From the NCBI RefSeq assembly GCF_038025025.1, contig NW_027117340.1:186001-250000 (forward strand): a stretch of 64,000 bases of DNA, given 5' to 3'. This DNA comes from Phyllosticta citribraziliensis (Eukaryota). Every line of letters begins with the position of its first letter. Position 1 is the first letter of the stretch. Positions 37,001 through 48,931 of the stretch are shown here, in pieces. A model generated the notes under the pieces. The model searched no databases, was not told where the DNA came from, and saw nothing but the letters and a program-made list of their open reading frames with translations. The position numbers and the translations under genes are program-made.

Positions 37001-37876
37001 CCTCGACGGCCGTCGACTTCTCCAAAACGGGCCACCCAGTCGACATGAGCGAGTGCCCGCGGTACGACATGATCCGGCCAGACTTTATGGCGCCGGGGCC
37101 GCGCGTCTTCATCGAGAAGAAGGGCATCGTGTTCCAGAACGACGACGACGACGACGTGATTGGCGAGGACGAGGACGAGGACCCCATCGAGGCGCTGGAT
37201 CCGGACTACAAGAGCTACCGCTACTACGAGAGCGAGCGCGTGCTGGGCCAGCTGTACCGCGCGATTGATGAGAAGAAGATTTTCCAGGAGCTGCAGAGCG
37301 CGGGGCGCAGGAGCCTGCGCGACGGCGGCGCCATGATGGAGAAGCTGTGGGCGCACGTACGCACCGAGGCGCAGCTGGTGCAATGGGTGCAGTACAAAGA
37401 CCTGGCGCGCGAGATCCGCGAGACGTGAGTGCACCCCCATGCCTCCCTCCCCCAGCCACCCAACCAACCGACTAACCTCCACACCCAACAGCTACGAAGC
37501 CAACCTCCTCGACGTCATGTCAGAATTCAGCCCGCACCCACAGTTTCCCTTATCCGAGCTCGAAGTGTTCGGCGGCAACATCATCGGCAAGAACAACACC
37601 AACGCGACGGGCAGCCGGCGCATGCGCGAGATGGCGTGCAACATGCGCGAGCGCTTCGAGCACGACGTCGCCTTCACCGTCGACCGCATCACGCACGGCA
37701 ACGACGGCGACCGCGACGAGGCCCTCGCCCGCAGCATCGCCTGTCTGTGGCTCGGCATGGAGGAGCGCGGCCCTGGCCCGAGCAAGCGCGTTGGTGAGTT
37801 GAGGAGTTGGCGGTACATCGCGGCTGCTGTCTGTTTGCGGGAGCTGGACTCTTGGAGGGCGGGGTTGAGGGCTTGA
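34087..37876 (+). CDS. Cellular RNA-dependent RNA polymerase of the RNA-silencing family; introns ~35969-36013 and ~37426-37491
   Basis: FLGFSHSSLR, KCAARIGQAFS, FSDGVG, QIRFAG|AKGML, RSPAMHPGD and catalytic SGGDLDGD; RRM-like N-terminus. Confidence 0.95.
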
Positions 37877-38837
37877 TGCGGTGGGCTGGGATGGGTTGCG
37901 TTGGGAGGTGGTGGCAGAGCAAGAAAGCAAGCACGCAAGCAACATCAGCGGCGCGGTGGTGGACAGCCCCGCTTCCTTTCTCATACCGCGGGTCTTTACG
38001 TTTTTCTCCTTTCTGGGTTGGTCGGTTGCAATTGTGCTTTTCATTCCTCTCAGCAGCTCAACCAGCTCGTCTCGTCTCGTCTGCTTTTTCCTTGCTCCTT
38101 TTTTTTTTTTTTCATTTACACTCATAGCGATGCCACCTTTCCCATTTTCCTCTTTTCTTCTTGCCGTTTCCTATTTCCTCTATTTGGCACGCCACATCCA
38201 AATTGCGAGCACAGTAAACAGTGAGTTGGCCGGAAGAGCACCACAGCACAGCACAGCAGACATGTTCCCAAGTTTCTCTCGTCCCATCTCACACACTTAC
38301 GTACTTTCGTCTGAAGCCGAAGCATGCGTTGGGGTTTATAGTACAGCCCAGCACTTACTCGATGGGACCGGCGGGAGGGGACAGCAACAACAACAACAAC
38401 AACGGTGAAAATGGGAGTGTCTGTTAGCTACGTGTTTATGGGCCTTCCAGATCCCATTCTCAAATCTCTTCTATTCCTTCTGCCCGTTACGACAGCGGCA
38501 GCGGTGGCCTTGACGTATGATAAACGTAGAATGGGTAAGGTAAGGTACCTTAGGTATGCAGGTAGACGCCCTCCTACCCTCCGTCTTCACTACCGCCCTT
38601 TGATTCGCGAAAATAAAATTGCATAGTGCTCCAACCACGCCACGCCACGCCAACGCAACGATTCCATACAGCCATTACCTGGCACCATCTATGAGTACCT
38701 CTTTAAAGACCATTCAATTCGCTCACGCCAGACCCCACGCATGCCGCCGCTGCTGCTGCAAAGCCCAGCCACTCACTGATCTTCTCCCTACCCACCTATC
38801 AGCCTCCCCCACCGTCCCGGCCGCTCGGTTTGCTCGC

Positions 38838-39867
38838 TCAGTGACAAGCAACCGACTTGGTGGCACTGGTGGCGTTGCCGAAGACGACGTAGCCGATGAA
38901 AGCGCCGACGGCGACGGCGAGCATGATCCACCCGTTGTACGTCATGAAGAGGAGCCTGCGCCAACAGCGTCAGTACCGTACCAACTACTCTTATGCCCCA
39001 CCAACAAGCACCCCTCATTCAAGCGGCACCGCATCTTCTCCCAAAAGGAGTACTCACATGATGAAAAACGAGTAAAAGACCTGAACGGCGTAGAGCACGC
39101 CCTTGACGATGGTGGCGCGCTTCTCGTCGCGCGCGGTCCACGGCCCTCCTCGCGCCCGTCTGTCTGTCGTCCACCATAGCGGTGAGCTGGATTCGTGCTG
39201 CTGCTGCGGCGGCGGCGGCGCGGCGCCGTCGTCGTCACGGTAGGTGGGGTCTTTGGTGGCGGTGGTGCTGGGTAAGCATGGTGTTTATGCGGGAGAGTTG
39301 ATGGGAGGACTGGTAAGGGGAAAATAATGTAGGGTGTGGTTGGTGTGGAGTGGATAGGAGATGGGATGGCAAGGGGTTCACGCAGCAAACGGGTATTCAA
39401 CACGCTCGACAAGAAGACTTTGGACTACCAGGTAAAAGATAGAAAGGGGATAAGGGGCAGCGCAATACACTCACCAGGCAAACCCGGCCCATCATCTTTG
39501 ACCTTTTGCCTCGCAGCGACAGACGCCTCGTAGCGGCGCGACAGCTCGCGCACGCCCTCGTAGCCGGCGCACAGCAGCGCGACGGCGACGAGCGAGAGCA
39601 GCAGGCTGAGCGTGCCCGTGATGTGCCAGCCGCGGAACACGATGCACAGGTCTGTCGTATCCCACGTAAAGAGCATCTAGTGATGAAAAGCCATGTTAGC
39701 GATATGCTGAGTTGGCGTGTTGTTGTGCTTGTTATGATGTGGTATGGAGAGGCTGGAGATGGATGGCTACACACGTTCATGTTGCACTTATGCCCTTTGC
39801 CCATGTCCATGCCGCCGTGGCCGCCGCCGTGGTCCATGCCGCCGTGATCCATGCCCGCGTGGTCCAT
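38838..39867 (-). CDS. Ctr-family copper transporter (Ctr2-like); 3 introns
   Basis: Met/His-rich N-terminus MDHAGMDHGG, CNMN|MLFTW, YEGVR, FFIM|LLFMTYNGW (MxxxM), ends ACH. Confidence 0.9.
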
Positions 39868-40515
39868 TTTGGTGTTTTGGGCGAGTTTCTGGTGTTGTTG
39901 GAGCTGATATGGACAGGTCTCAGCGTCGCCTTGTCACAACGTCAAAGAACAACAGTCGATTCAATGGAAAAGTGGACGAAGAGGTCTCTTGGCGAGCGAG
40001 CAGCAAGTCAAGAAGCAATGCAAATGCAAATGAGGCCGCAGCGGATGCGCTTTATCAGATGACGACGAGCAAGTTCGAGGTGGTTAGGCTGATGGATTAG
40101 GTAAGGCTGGGACACTTGCTTCCTCAGGCACGCGATGACTGATGCGCTATCCTTATCTTAGCGACGTAGCCTGACTCGCGCGTGGCCGTTTGTGTCATAG
40201 CTCCCGCCCTCTCTGCCCCGCGACGGCTTTAACTTTTGCACCTCAGGTCGGACCATATCCGACCACCTCATAAGTCCGCTGCCGACACTGCTGAGAGAAC
40301 GCTGCCGCCTTTGCTCTCGCAATCGTCGCTTTTCGCATTCGCTTGCTGGGTCCCTCGTCCAAGGCCACTCTGCTCCCGATACGCTCAACCTGGATCAGTC
40401 TTGATTTCTCAGCTTTGCGCCGCCCGCTTCCGCAGCCCGCCCTACTAGGTTGCACGGTTGTGTCGTCTTTCGACCCCTCAGTATATAGTCAGAGACGGAC
40501 CCCGACTATTTGGCG

Positions 40516-41293
40516 ATGCCCCTCGTCCGTCGCATTGTCACGTCTGTCTCGCGCCGCGCTGCCACACTTCAATCCTCACCAATCGCCACAACAACCCCAC
40601 GCCGCATCATGGCCGCCGTCAATGCCGCGCAATCGCAAAGCGCAAGCTTTTCCAGCAACGGCGCACAGAACCAGGAGCCGCAACGACAAGCCGAGGCGCT
40701 CTCCAGTCCAGTCAACCTGCCAAAATGGTAAAATCTCACCCTCCTCGGCTGCCCCACCACGCTGACATGGTTCGACCAGGCTCAAAGCCAACTCGCACCT
40801 CCTCCAGCCGCCCGTCAACAACTACTGTGTCTGGAACGGCAGCGCAACCGTCATGATCGTCGGCGGCCCCAACGCCCGCACCGACTACCACATCAACACG
40901 ACGCCCGAATACTTCTACCAGTACAAGGGCCGCATGCTGCTCAAGGTCGTCGACCACAACCCCGACACGCCCGACGCCGCGCCCCAGTTCCGCGACGTGT
41001 ACATCGACGAGGGCGACATGTTCCTGCTGCCCCCCAACGTCCCCCACAACCCGGTGCGCTTCGCCGAAACCGTCGGCGTCGTGCTCGAGCAAAAGAGGCC
41101 CGAGGGCAGCGTCGACCGCTTGAGGTGGTATTGCCAGGGCTGCGGCAGCCAGGTGCACGAGAAGAGCTTCCACTGCACAAACTTGGGGACCCAAATCAAG
41201 GAGGCGGTCGAGTCGTTCAAGGCGGACACTGAGGCGCGGACTTGTAAGAAGTGCGGCGAGCTGTGCGACGTTGCGCCCAAGAAGTCTGAATAA
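40516..41293 (+). CDS. BNA1: 3-hydroxyanthranilate 3,4-dioxygenase (kynurenine pathway of NAD synthesis); intron 40728-40779
   Basis: [42 protein letters not shown], two CxxC motifs. The start codon (40516 or 40609) is uncertain. Confidence 0.95.
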
Positions 41294-41388
41294 ATCGCCA
41301 GCAAGAGTTTGGCGCGAGATTGTATCAAATCGGGAAAAAAGCTTGACCACGGTCTCAAGGTGTGGCTCGACTGAGTGCTCCACTTCGT

Positions 41389-43688
41389 TCAGAGGCCCTT
41401 CCAGGCCAACTTGGCGACGTGATCCGTCTTCTTTCTGCTGGCCTTGATGAGCCCCAAGTATCGCAACTCGGCGAGCGAGCGCTGGAACACGGCCCTGCCG
41501 CGCCGTCAGCTTCTACGACATAGCCTTTGTCTTGAGCAAATACTCACATGATTGTCTCAGCGTCGTCGTCACTCTCTTGCCCAATGATGGCATTAAACGC
41601 AAGCCACAGGTCGTGCACGTTGATCAGGTTCCCTGATTCCAGGTACAGCTGATAGAGGATTGCAACCGGAGGCTGCGTCGGCGACAGTGCGCCCTGAAAA
41701 ACGCCCATCAGCTCGACTCATGAATGAAGGTGCTGGAACACTTACCTCCTTGCTTCCCTCGCAGCAGACACACGCCAGGTAGTCCCACGGCCGGGACAAC
41801 GCCCGCTCGACGACGAAGCGCGGACGCGGCATGAAGACGTCGCGATGCGGGCTCTTGAGATCGTACACGACGATCTCGTGCAAGAAGAAATCCTGCGGTT
41901 TGAGTAGCATGTGGCGAAAATGGTCGTCGAGGCGGCCATGCAATTCATCAACGATACGGCTATACTCGGCATCTCTGTCCGACAGCGACGAAGCCGACTT
42001 GGCCAACGACACCTTTTGCGCGACGACGGTGGTGCGCAGCGTCGTCGTAGCGCTGTGGTCGTGGGCCGAGCGCAGCGGCGGTCCGTCGGGTTGCGCGGAG
42101 AGGAGCTTGTCCAGCGTCTGCATCAGGCGCAAGATGATGGCGTTTTGGGCGTCGTCCTTGAGCAGGCACGCCAGCAGCCGCGCCAGCACGTCCGACGGAG
42201 CCTTTCTGACCGACAGCAGAAACTCGCGGAGCAGTGGCGAGTTGAGGAGTGACCCGGAGGCCGCGCGCACGTAGAGGCTTGATAGTGGGATGCGTGGGAG
42301 CCGCGGGATGCAGGCGCGTAGGTTGTAGAGGAGGTTGAGCGTGTTGACAATGTCGCTCATGTAGACTCTCGCGGCAGTGGTATAATCTAGGGCTTTTTGG
42401 AAGAGGAACGAATCGGACTCGAGGAGATCGCGCACGACGTCGGCGCGGCGCTCGTACAGGAAGGCTTCGACCAATCTGCATGGGATGTTAGAGAGTCCAA
42501 ATAATAGTGAGGCAACCTTACTGCCGGAAAGAACCTAGATTGCGGAGAGCCTCAAGGTCCTCCTTGGTCACGTCCTCAAACTGGAGGCCTTTGCGAAGGA
42601 ATATGCTGAGGGGGTTCGCAAAAAAGTGCGACATGTAGGCATACTGTGCAAATCAGCGCACGACTCTCAGACCCGCGATCAGCAACCGAACCTTCAAGGC
42701 ATCTGCAAACGTCTCGACGCTCTGGATGTGATCCTTGTGCCTCTCCAAGACGCGGCTGGCCAGCTCCGGCCCCAGCCAAAGCGGCTGGTCGCCATACAGC
42801 GTCGTGCGAAAGACCTGCTCGAGGACCTCGTTGGCCTGCGTGACGTCGAACTTTTGGCCGCGCAGGCAGCGGATCGCGGTGCTGGGGAGCTTCTCCTGGA
42901 AGCCCTCGGCGGACGTGCCGATGCCGAAGAGCAGCACGAACGGGATGCGGTCGAGCCACGAACTGCGGTAAATCAGTGCTGCCGCTGGCAAACAGAGAGG
43001 ACGATGACGACGTACCTCATCAATTGGATCACGTCGGCGAGCAGCGGCCCGTCAAACGCCTCGCTGTCCTGAAAGGTGACGACGACGTGCCTCGGCTTCT
43101 GCTCCTCGCACCACTCACACAGCAGCTGCAAGTCATAATTGAGCAACTTGGGGCCTCTGCGGCGCGTCGTCGTCGCCACGTGTTCGTCGCCATCCTCGTC
43201 CTCGGCGGCCGCCGCCGTTGCCTTGCGGATGACGGTCTTCAGCAGCGTCTTGAGATTCGGGCACTCGGCCGCCTTGAGCGCGACAAAGACGCTGTCGGCC
43301 TCGCCGGCCACGCGCTCGGCCAGGCTGTCGAAGAACTGCGCGTGCGACGCAATGGCCGGCCCCGCGACGACGAGGCCGGCCGGGATGCGCGCGCTGCTGC
43401 CGGCGTCGTCAACGGGACTGGCGGCGTTGTCCTTGATGAAGCTCGTTATCTCGTCCAGCGTCGAGCGGTGCACGTCAGATATGATGTCCTATGCAGCTTG
43501 TGAGAAGAAAGAGCGGCGTGTTGGAGGGGGTTGCGCACGTTTATCCGCCCTTCTTGGACTTCCCATAGTTCGCGACAGGTGCGTTTGCGGAGGGCCCAGG
43601 TCGGGCTCTCCTTGGTCACGGCGACGCGTTGGCGCTTTGAAGCCCGTTCCTCGGTTGGCTTGAATACATGGCACTTCTCGTGCTCCAT
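41389..43688 (-). CDS. ORC3: Origin recognition complex subunit 3, multi-exon
   Basis: MEHEKCHVF, LLNYDLQLL, FQDSEAFD, SWLDRIPFVLLFGIGTS, PRPRFVVERALSRP, C-terminal LAELRYLG...VAKLAWKGL. Confidence 0.92.
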
Positions 43689-44106
43689 TTTCTGTGGGGT
43701 TGGGGTGTGGGTGATGAGATGAGGTTGTCAAGCGCGTGGGAAAACACGACTGCACGAATGCACGTGCCAGACAGGGATGCTTGCTACCTAGTGTCCGATT
43801 CTTTGTATGCTTGCTGGAAGACTACTTTTAAAGATGCATCATTTTCTTTCTTGATCTCAGATTTATCCAATTGGCATTTGACTTTCTAATGTCATGATGC
43901 CGCTGCTTCGACAACAGCTACCTTGAGGTCCTGAGCCTTGGTTTGCTGTCTTGAAGAAAGCAACAACGGCGCCCTATGCCTTGGGCATTGAAGTGTGCTC
44001 ATGGTAAGAGTGTCCAATGCATGCCCCTATTTGCAATCATGTCACCGCAGTGGCAGGGATTATGTCAAGTTCATGATGATCTCTCCCAAAGCCTGAATGG
44101 CACAAC

Positions 44107-45116
44107 TCAGTCGTGGTCCTCCTCGGTGACACCCGGGCAGCCATCCATCTCGTCGTCTGGATACTGAAACTTGCACCAGAAGCAGTACCTGTGTTTCTCA
44201 CGCAGGTACATTACCGCCTTTTCCAACCTCTCCTGAGGGCCCAAGGCCATGAATTCTTCGAGCTCGTCGTCTTCTTCGGCTAGATCTTCGTGTACGACAA
44301 TCTCGGTCTTGTCCTTGCGCTCGAGGGCACGCTTATCATCCAAGTCCAATTCAGAATCGTCAAAGGTTGGTAGCCGAGAGGCATCAGTCGACAAGAGTTC
44401 CTTGCGCATGCGCGCCTCGCTATCGTGCTCCAGACGGCCACGCACAAGACCACGCCACAAGACCGGAATGCTTTTGAGAGGCTTGCTAGTGCCCTCGATC
44501 GCGAATGCTGGCTTCTTGGTGGCGCCGTCGTCTTGGTCCTCTGCTTCGGCGGCGGCCTGGTCCTCGGCGTCAGTGTCAAGTTTCTCAGCCACCCGCTGCG
44601 CTCCCACGAATTGGCCCTCCGCCCGCTTGTCTTTCCGCTCTTGCATGACCCGGGCGGTGTATTCCTCGACCGTCTCTTTTTCGACCTTGGCCTTCTTGGC
44701 ATGCTCGTCGAAAGCCTCCCGCGCCTTGCGCTTCTTGTCGGTTTCGACACCAATACCCTCGCGGCCTCGTCTCTCTACGACAATTGGTTCCGCATTGAGC
44801 TTGGTGGAAGGGTCGAAGCCCATCTTGGCCAGCATCTGAAATCCCTTGTTGGAGCTGTCGAGCGGCTTCCGCATGGCCTCTTCGGTCTCGTCTTCACGTT
44901 GTTCTTTTGTCTTTTTGGCACGTTGACTACGTTCGATGCGCTTCGTTGTTAGGCTCAGCAAGCAAGACTGCAGAGAGACGCGGCAGAACTTACGTCACGC
45001 TTCTCGCGCTGGATGCGCTGGAGCTGCGACTCTTTGCGGTCAGGCTCTTGGATGACCATGTTCATGTAGTCATCCTCATCGTCCTGTGGAGAGGCCTCCT
45101 TGGGTGAGCGCGACAT
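44107..45116 (-). CDS. G-patch domain protein (GPATCH11/DUF4187-like); intron ~44946-44993
   Basis: EDDYMNM, G-patch SNKGFQMLAKMGF...REGIG, C-terminal YLREKHRYCFWCKFQY...CPG. Confidence 0.9.
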
Positions 45117-46567
45117 TGTTTCGTGGCGACAAGAGGCTGGGCGCGCGCGTGATGATTTAGTAGGAGAGGAAGGTGTTTCGGTGGGATGCGCCAGCGGCGG
45201 AGGAGGATCGGAGAGTTGGGTCTAGGTGGTGACTAAGCGGGCAGCTCCCGCCCAGCCACGACTTCATTTCATCCCTTCGTCCCGTCTGCATTACATCTGC
45301 TTCTCTTCCATCACTCCATGTCTGCCTCTGCAAATGCACTCTTCGAAACAACGCAGCCCCAGCCGAGCAGCGCATAACATGTCCGCCATCGATCCTCGAT
45401 CCAGCCTCCGCAACAGATCTCGGACGATTCTACTGCATCATTGCAGTCTGCCGTGCCACCGGTCTTGCCTCCAATTTGACGCAAACCGGTCCTCATCTCT
45501 TGGAGCGTTCGTCAATGCCTCGGGTCATTGACACTGGCCGCCGCCCTGCCACGGACTCTGAATGGCTGTTTCAGACACAGGTGATTCGATCCAGTTGTAA
45601 TGATTTTCTCTTTTCTTTAAGTCTCGAAACCCATCCAGTTCCGCGTAAAGGCGTGCGCACGCCGTGGCTTCGGACTTGAGCACGACACGGGAAGAGCAAA
45701 CGTTGAGGCGTAACTTGGTTCCTTTTTGCAGCAGCCACCTTCCGGCTTGAGCCTCGCGTCCGGGCGCGAGCCTCATCATCCCGCAGTCGTCCCTTGCAAT
45801 GCGGGGGCAGAAAACACCTGTCTCAAGCTTGTCAACATCCGGCATGGCATCTTGTGGATGATCAAGGTTGCAACGGGCTCACTTATGGCATATCAACGCC
45901 GGGCTAAGGTCCTAGCCGCCAGCCACCACTGGCCCCATGTTTCTTGCACGCACTAATCACCAGCAGCTAATCCGTCCCTGTCTGAAAATAAACTATTTGC
46001 ACCACAGAGTTGAGGAGGATTTCGCTTGCATCATCGCCTTGCCTCTGCTTTTCGCTGCCGTTGGACGCAATTCGTCTGCGCAGCGGCTTGCTTCACGTGC
46101 TCCCGTCTCACCATTTATTGCCATCCACTCGACCCCAAGACGTCCTTTCAGGCCCTTGACCTCACCTTTTGCCATCCGGCTATTTCTACTTCCTGGCTTG
46201 CCCAGACGAGACTCGTTGGTTCAAGTCTCGCACATTACCTCCCAGAACACGCTCAGGACCCCTGTCTGCTGCACGAACATGACGCCTTGCGGCATTGCTT
46301 CATTTCCTAATTAAGTTGGTTTCTCTCAATTCGTGTCTGGGACCACGTTCTCCGTCCCATCTATTGGAATAATTCGCTTCCCCCGAGGCCCCATGAGCCC
46401 GCCCTTCACAAGACCCTTTTCTTGGACTTGACAGAATCCTCCGGCAACCCTTGCCGAAAGCTTGCCACAGCCAAAACTGGCACAGCGCCTCGGTTGTCCA
46501 AACCGTTACTATAATACCCAGTCAACCCTCTCCGAGCGCGTACGCGCTCAAGGAGCACCGCACGGCC

Positions 46568-48052
46568 ATGGCTGACCTAAAGTACCCCATGACGGATCAA
46601 AAATACTCGATGGTCGACCAAAAATACCCGGTGGCTGACCAAAAACACACGTACACTCGCCAAGATACGTACGCTGACCAACCGCCGCCCTTGCCCATGC
46701 CCTCGCCCTTGGAGGAACACAAACTTCCCGAAGGATTACACGAGGAGCCCGTTCCCTTGGAGCGCGAAGAACTTACAAGCCCCGAACCGTCAATTGACGA
46801 GGAGGAGCCGACTTTCAAGACCAAAGCCAAACGTCATTGTGCTAGGTTTTGGTGGCTTCATCTACTTGTTGGCATTTTGATATTTCTCATTATACTTTTA
46901 CCTACGTAAGTACCCGCCACCGTTGTCCAGATTAATGCTAATTTTCTCTACAGCATCTACTTGGGAGTCCCGAAAATAGCGCAAGCGGAGCTCAACAAGG
47001 CAAAAACAAACGTCACTTCAGAAAAGTTGACGAACCCGACACCGGATACATTTCACATTGCACTCAACTCAACCGTCAACTCCCCTTCTCCTTACAAGCC
47101 TATCCTCAAGTCTTTCAATGCGTCGCTACACCTGCAGAACAATGACTCGAAGTCGGACTCGAAGCCGTTTGCCTACGTCACCATTCCTGAAATGAAGGTC
47201 AACACTGGTGTCAACATCATGTACCTCGAGCAGGACGTCAGCATCGCCGATATGGAACAATTCGTCGACTACAGTAAAAAGGTGTTGGGCAGTGAAGAGT
47301 TTCAAATGGTCATCAAAGGACGGCCTGGACTCAAACTGGGCGGCCTGCCAATTTACACTCTCAACTTTAGACAAGTGGTATCACAGAAGGGTGAGTCGAA
47401 TACTACCGGCTGCATACTGTCCTTCCTTGCTGACACCATTCAAGGGCTTAACAAGTTGGCCGGCTTTGCCATTAGCAACATTACGCTTCCAACCAACGAA
47501 TCCGACGGCGCCAATCTCCTTGGAATTGTCACGATGCGGAACCCCACTATCCTCTCCCTCACGCTCGGCAACGTGACTATGGACCTCTCCGTCAACGGCG
47601 AAAAGATCGGCACCTCGCTCATCCCCAACGTCGCTCTGGAGCCCGAAGTCCACGACGTGGCCAAAGCGACAAGCAACTACTCTCTCGCGGCGACCGGCGG
47701 CCCAGCCAACACGTTCGCGCTGCGCGGGTGGGTGGACCTGGGCAAGATCCTGTCGCTGGCGACGCTCAACTACACCGACATGATCCTGCCAGTCGACGTG
47801 ATCGGGCGGGACGTGCGGGGCGCGCAGAACGAGACGCTGTCGTACTTCACCAAGGCGCTGCAGGCGACGCCCATCCGCTACGACCTCGACGTCGGCAAAG
47901 TCATCAGCAACATGGTCAACCAGGACCTGAATCAGGTCGGCCTGGCGACGCGCACGCTCGGCGATCAGTTGGGCGACGACGTGTGCAACGCCGTCGGGTC
48001 CATGCTGGCCGCCATGGGCGTGGCGTGTGCGAATGGCACATTGCTGGGCTAG
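46568..48052 (+). CDS. Single-pass type II membrane protein, DUF3712-like; introns ~46905-46953 and 47391-47444
   Basis: KRHCARFWWLHLL followed by a TM helix, VPKIAQ, NPTILSLTLGNVT and many N-glycosylation sequons. Confidence 0.8.
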
Positions 48053-48898
48053 CCGTAGGCATTGGATGCGGTCAGAGGGGAGGAGCAGGCGATAGAGATT
48101 AGACCAAGCAAGCAGATGTGGATGAGTGAGTGGGGTTCGTGGGTGGCGGTTTTCGTTTCATGGCGTATCTATCTGTATGTATTTCCTCGTTTGAGCCTAG
48201 ACCGACCGAACTTGCCCTAGCACGGGGGTTGTTGTTGGTGGGCGACTGATGCATTCTTTGCGAATGATTGGCACACTTGTCTGCCTTTTTCCTTTCTTTT
48301 TCTTCTTTTCTTTTCTACTCTTGTATCAAGTAGCAACATCATCATCATCATCACAGTATGGACATGTCAATTTTATTTTACCACAAAACGACGACAACCG
48401 CCTCACCGGCCCGCACTCCTCTACTCTACTCGTCGCTGCAGCCGTCACCATCACACGTCCAGTTTCGCAAACGTGACGCCGTCACATTCGTCCGATAACG
48501 CCTTCTAGCACATTTCCTCTTCCAGCAAAACCCGGCCGGCCTCTGACCCTACCACCCTGCCAAACCAACAACTGCCGAGCCCCAGTCAGTCACGCCTGGA
48601 ACGAACCAAGCCTAAGCCCGCGCGCAGGCAGCTAAGCAACGCTACGGCTTTGGCACCACGTGGGCCAGTCATTCACGCTGTTCAGCCTCTTGACGGACTA
48701 TGTCGACTCGACTGGGCTCGGCAGTGCGGAATTGCGTGACGGTCGTTGGCGCGCCCAATCAGGGGCGCAGGGGAACGAGGATGCCATTTGTTCTCAATTC
48801 GGCTTTTCTTGGCTGTGCGGTGCTGTATGGATGAATGAATAGTCTGACGAGGTTGAAGGCATGCGGACGCACTCAAAGGCAGGCAGGCCGTGTGTACC

Positions 48899-48900
48899 CC

Positions 48901-48930
<30 letters not shown>
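48899..48930. repeat. (GCC)n microsatellite in a long intergenic region
   Basis: Direct inspection. Confidence 0.9.

Positions 48931-48931
<1 letters not shown>

Noticed and set aside
34087..37876. RdRP as an endogenous viral element
   Set aside because: DxDGD cellular-type motif and spliceosomal introns; no viral GDD palm motifs.
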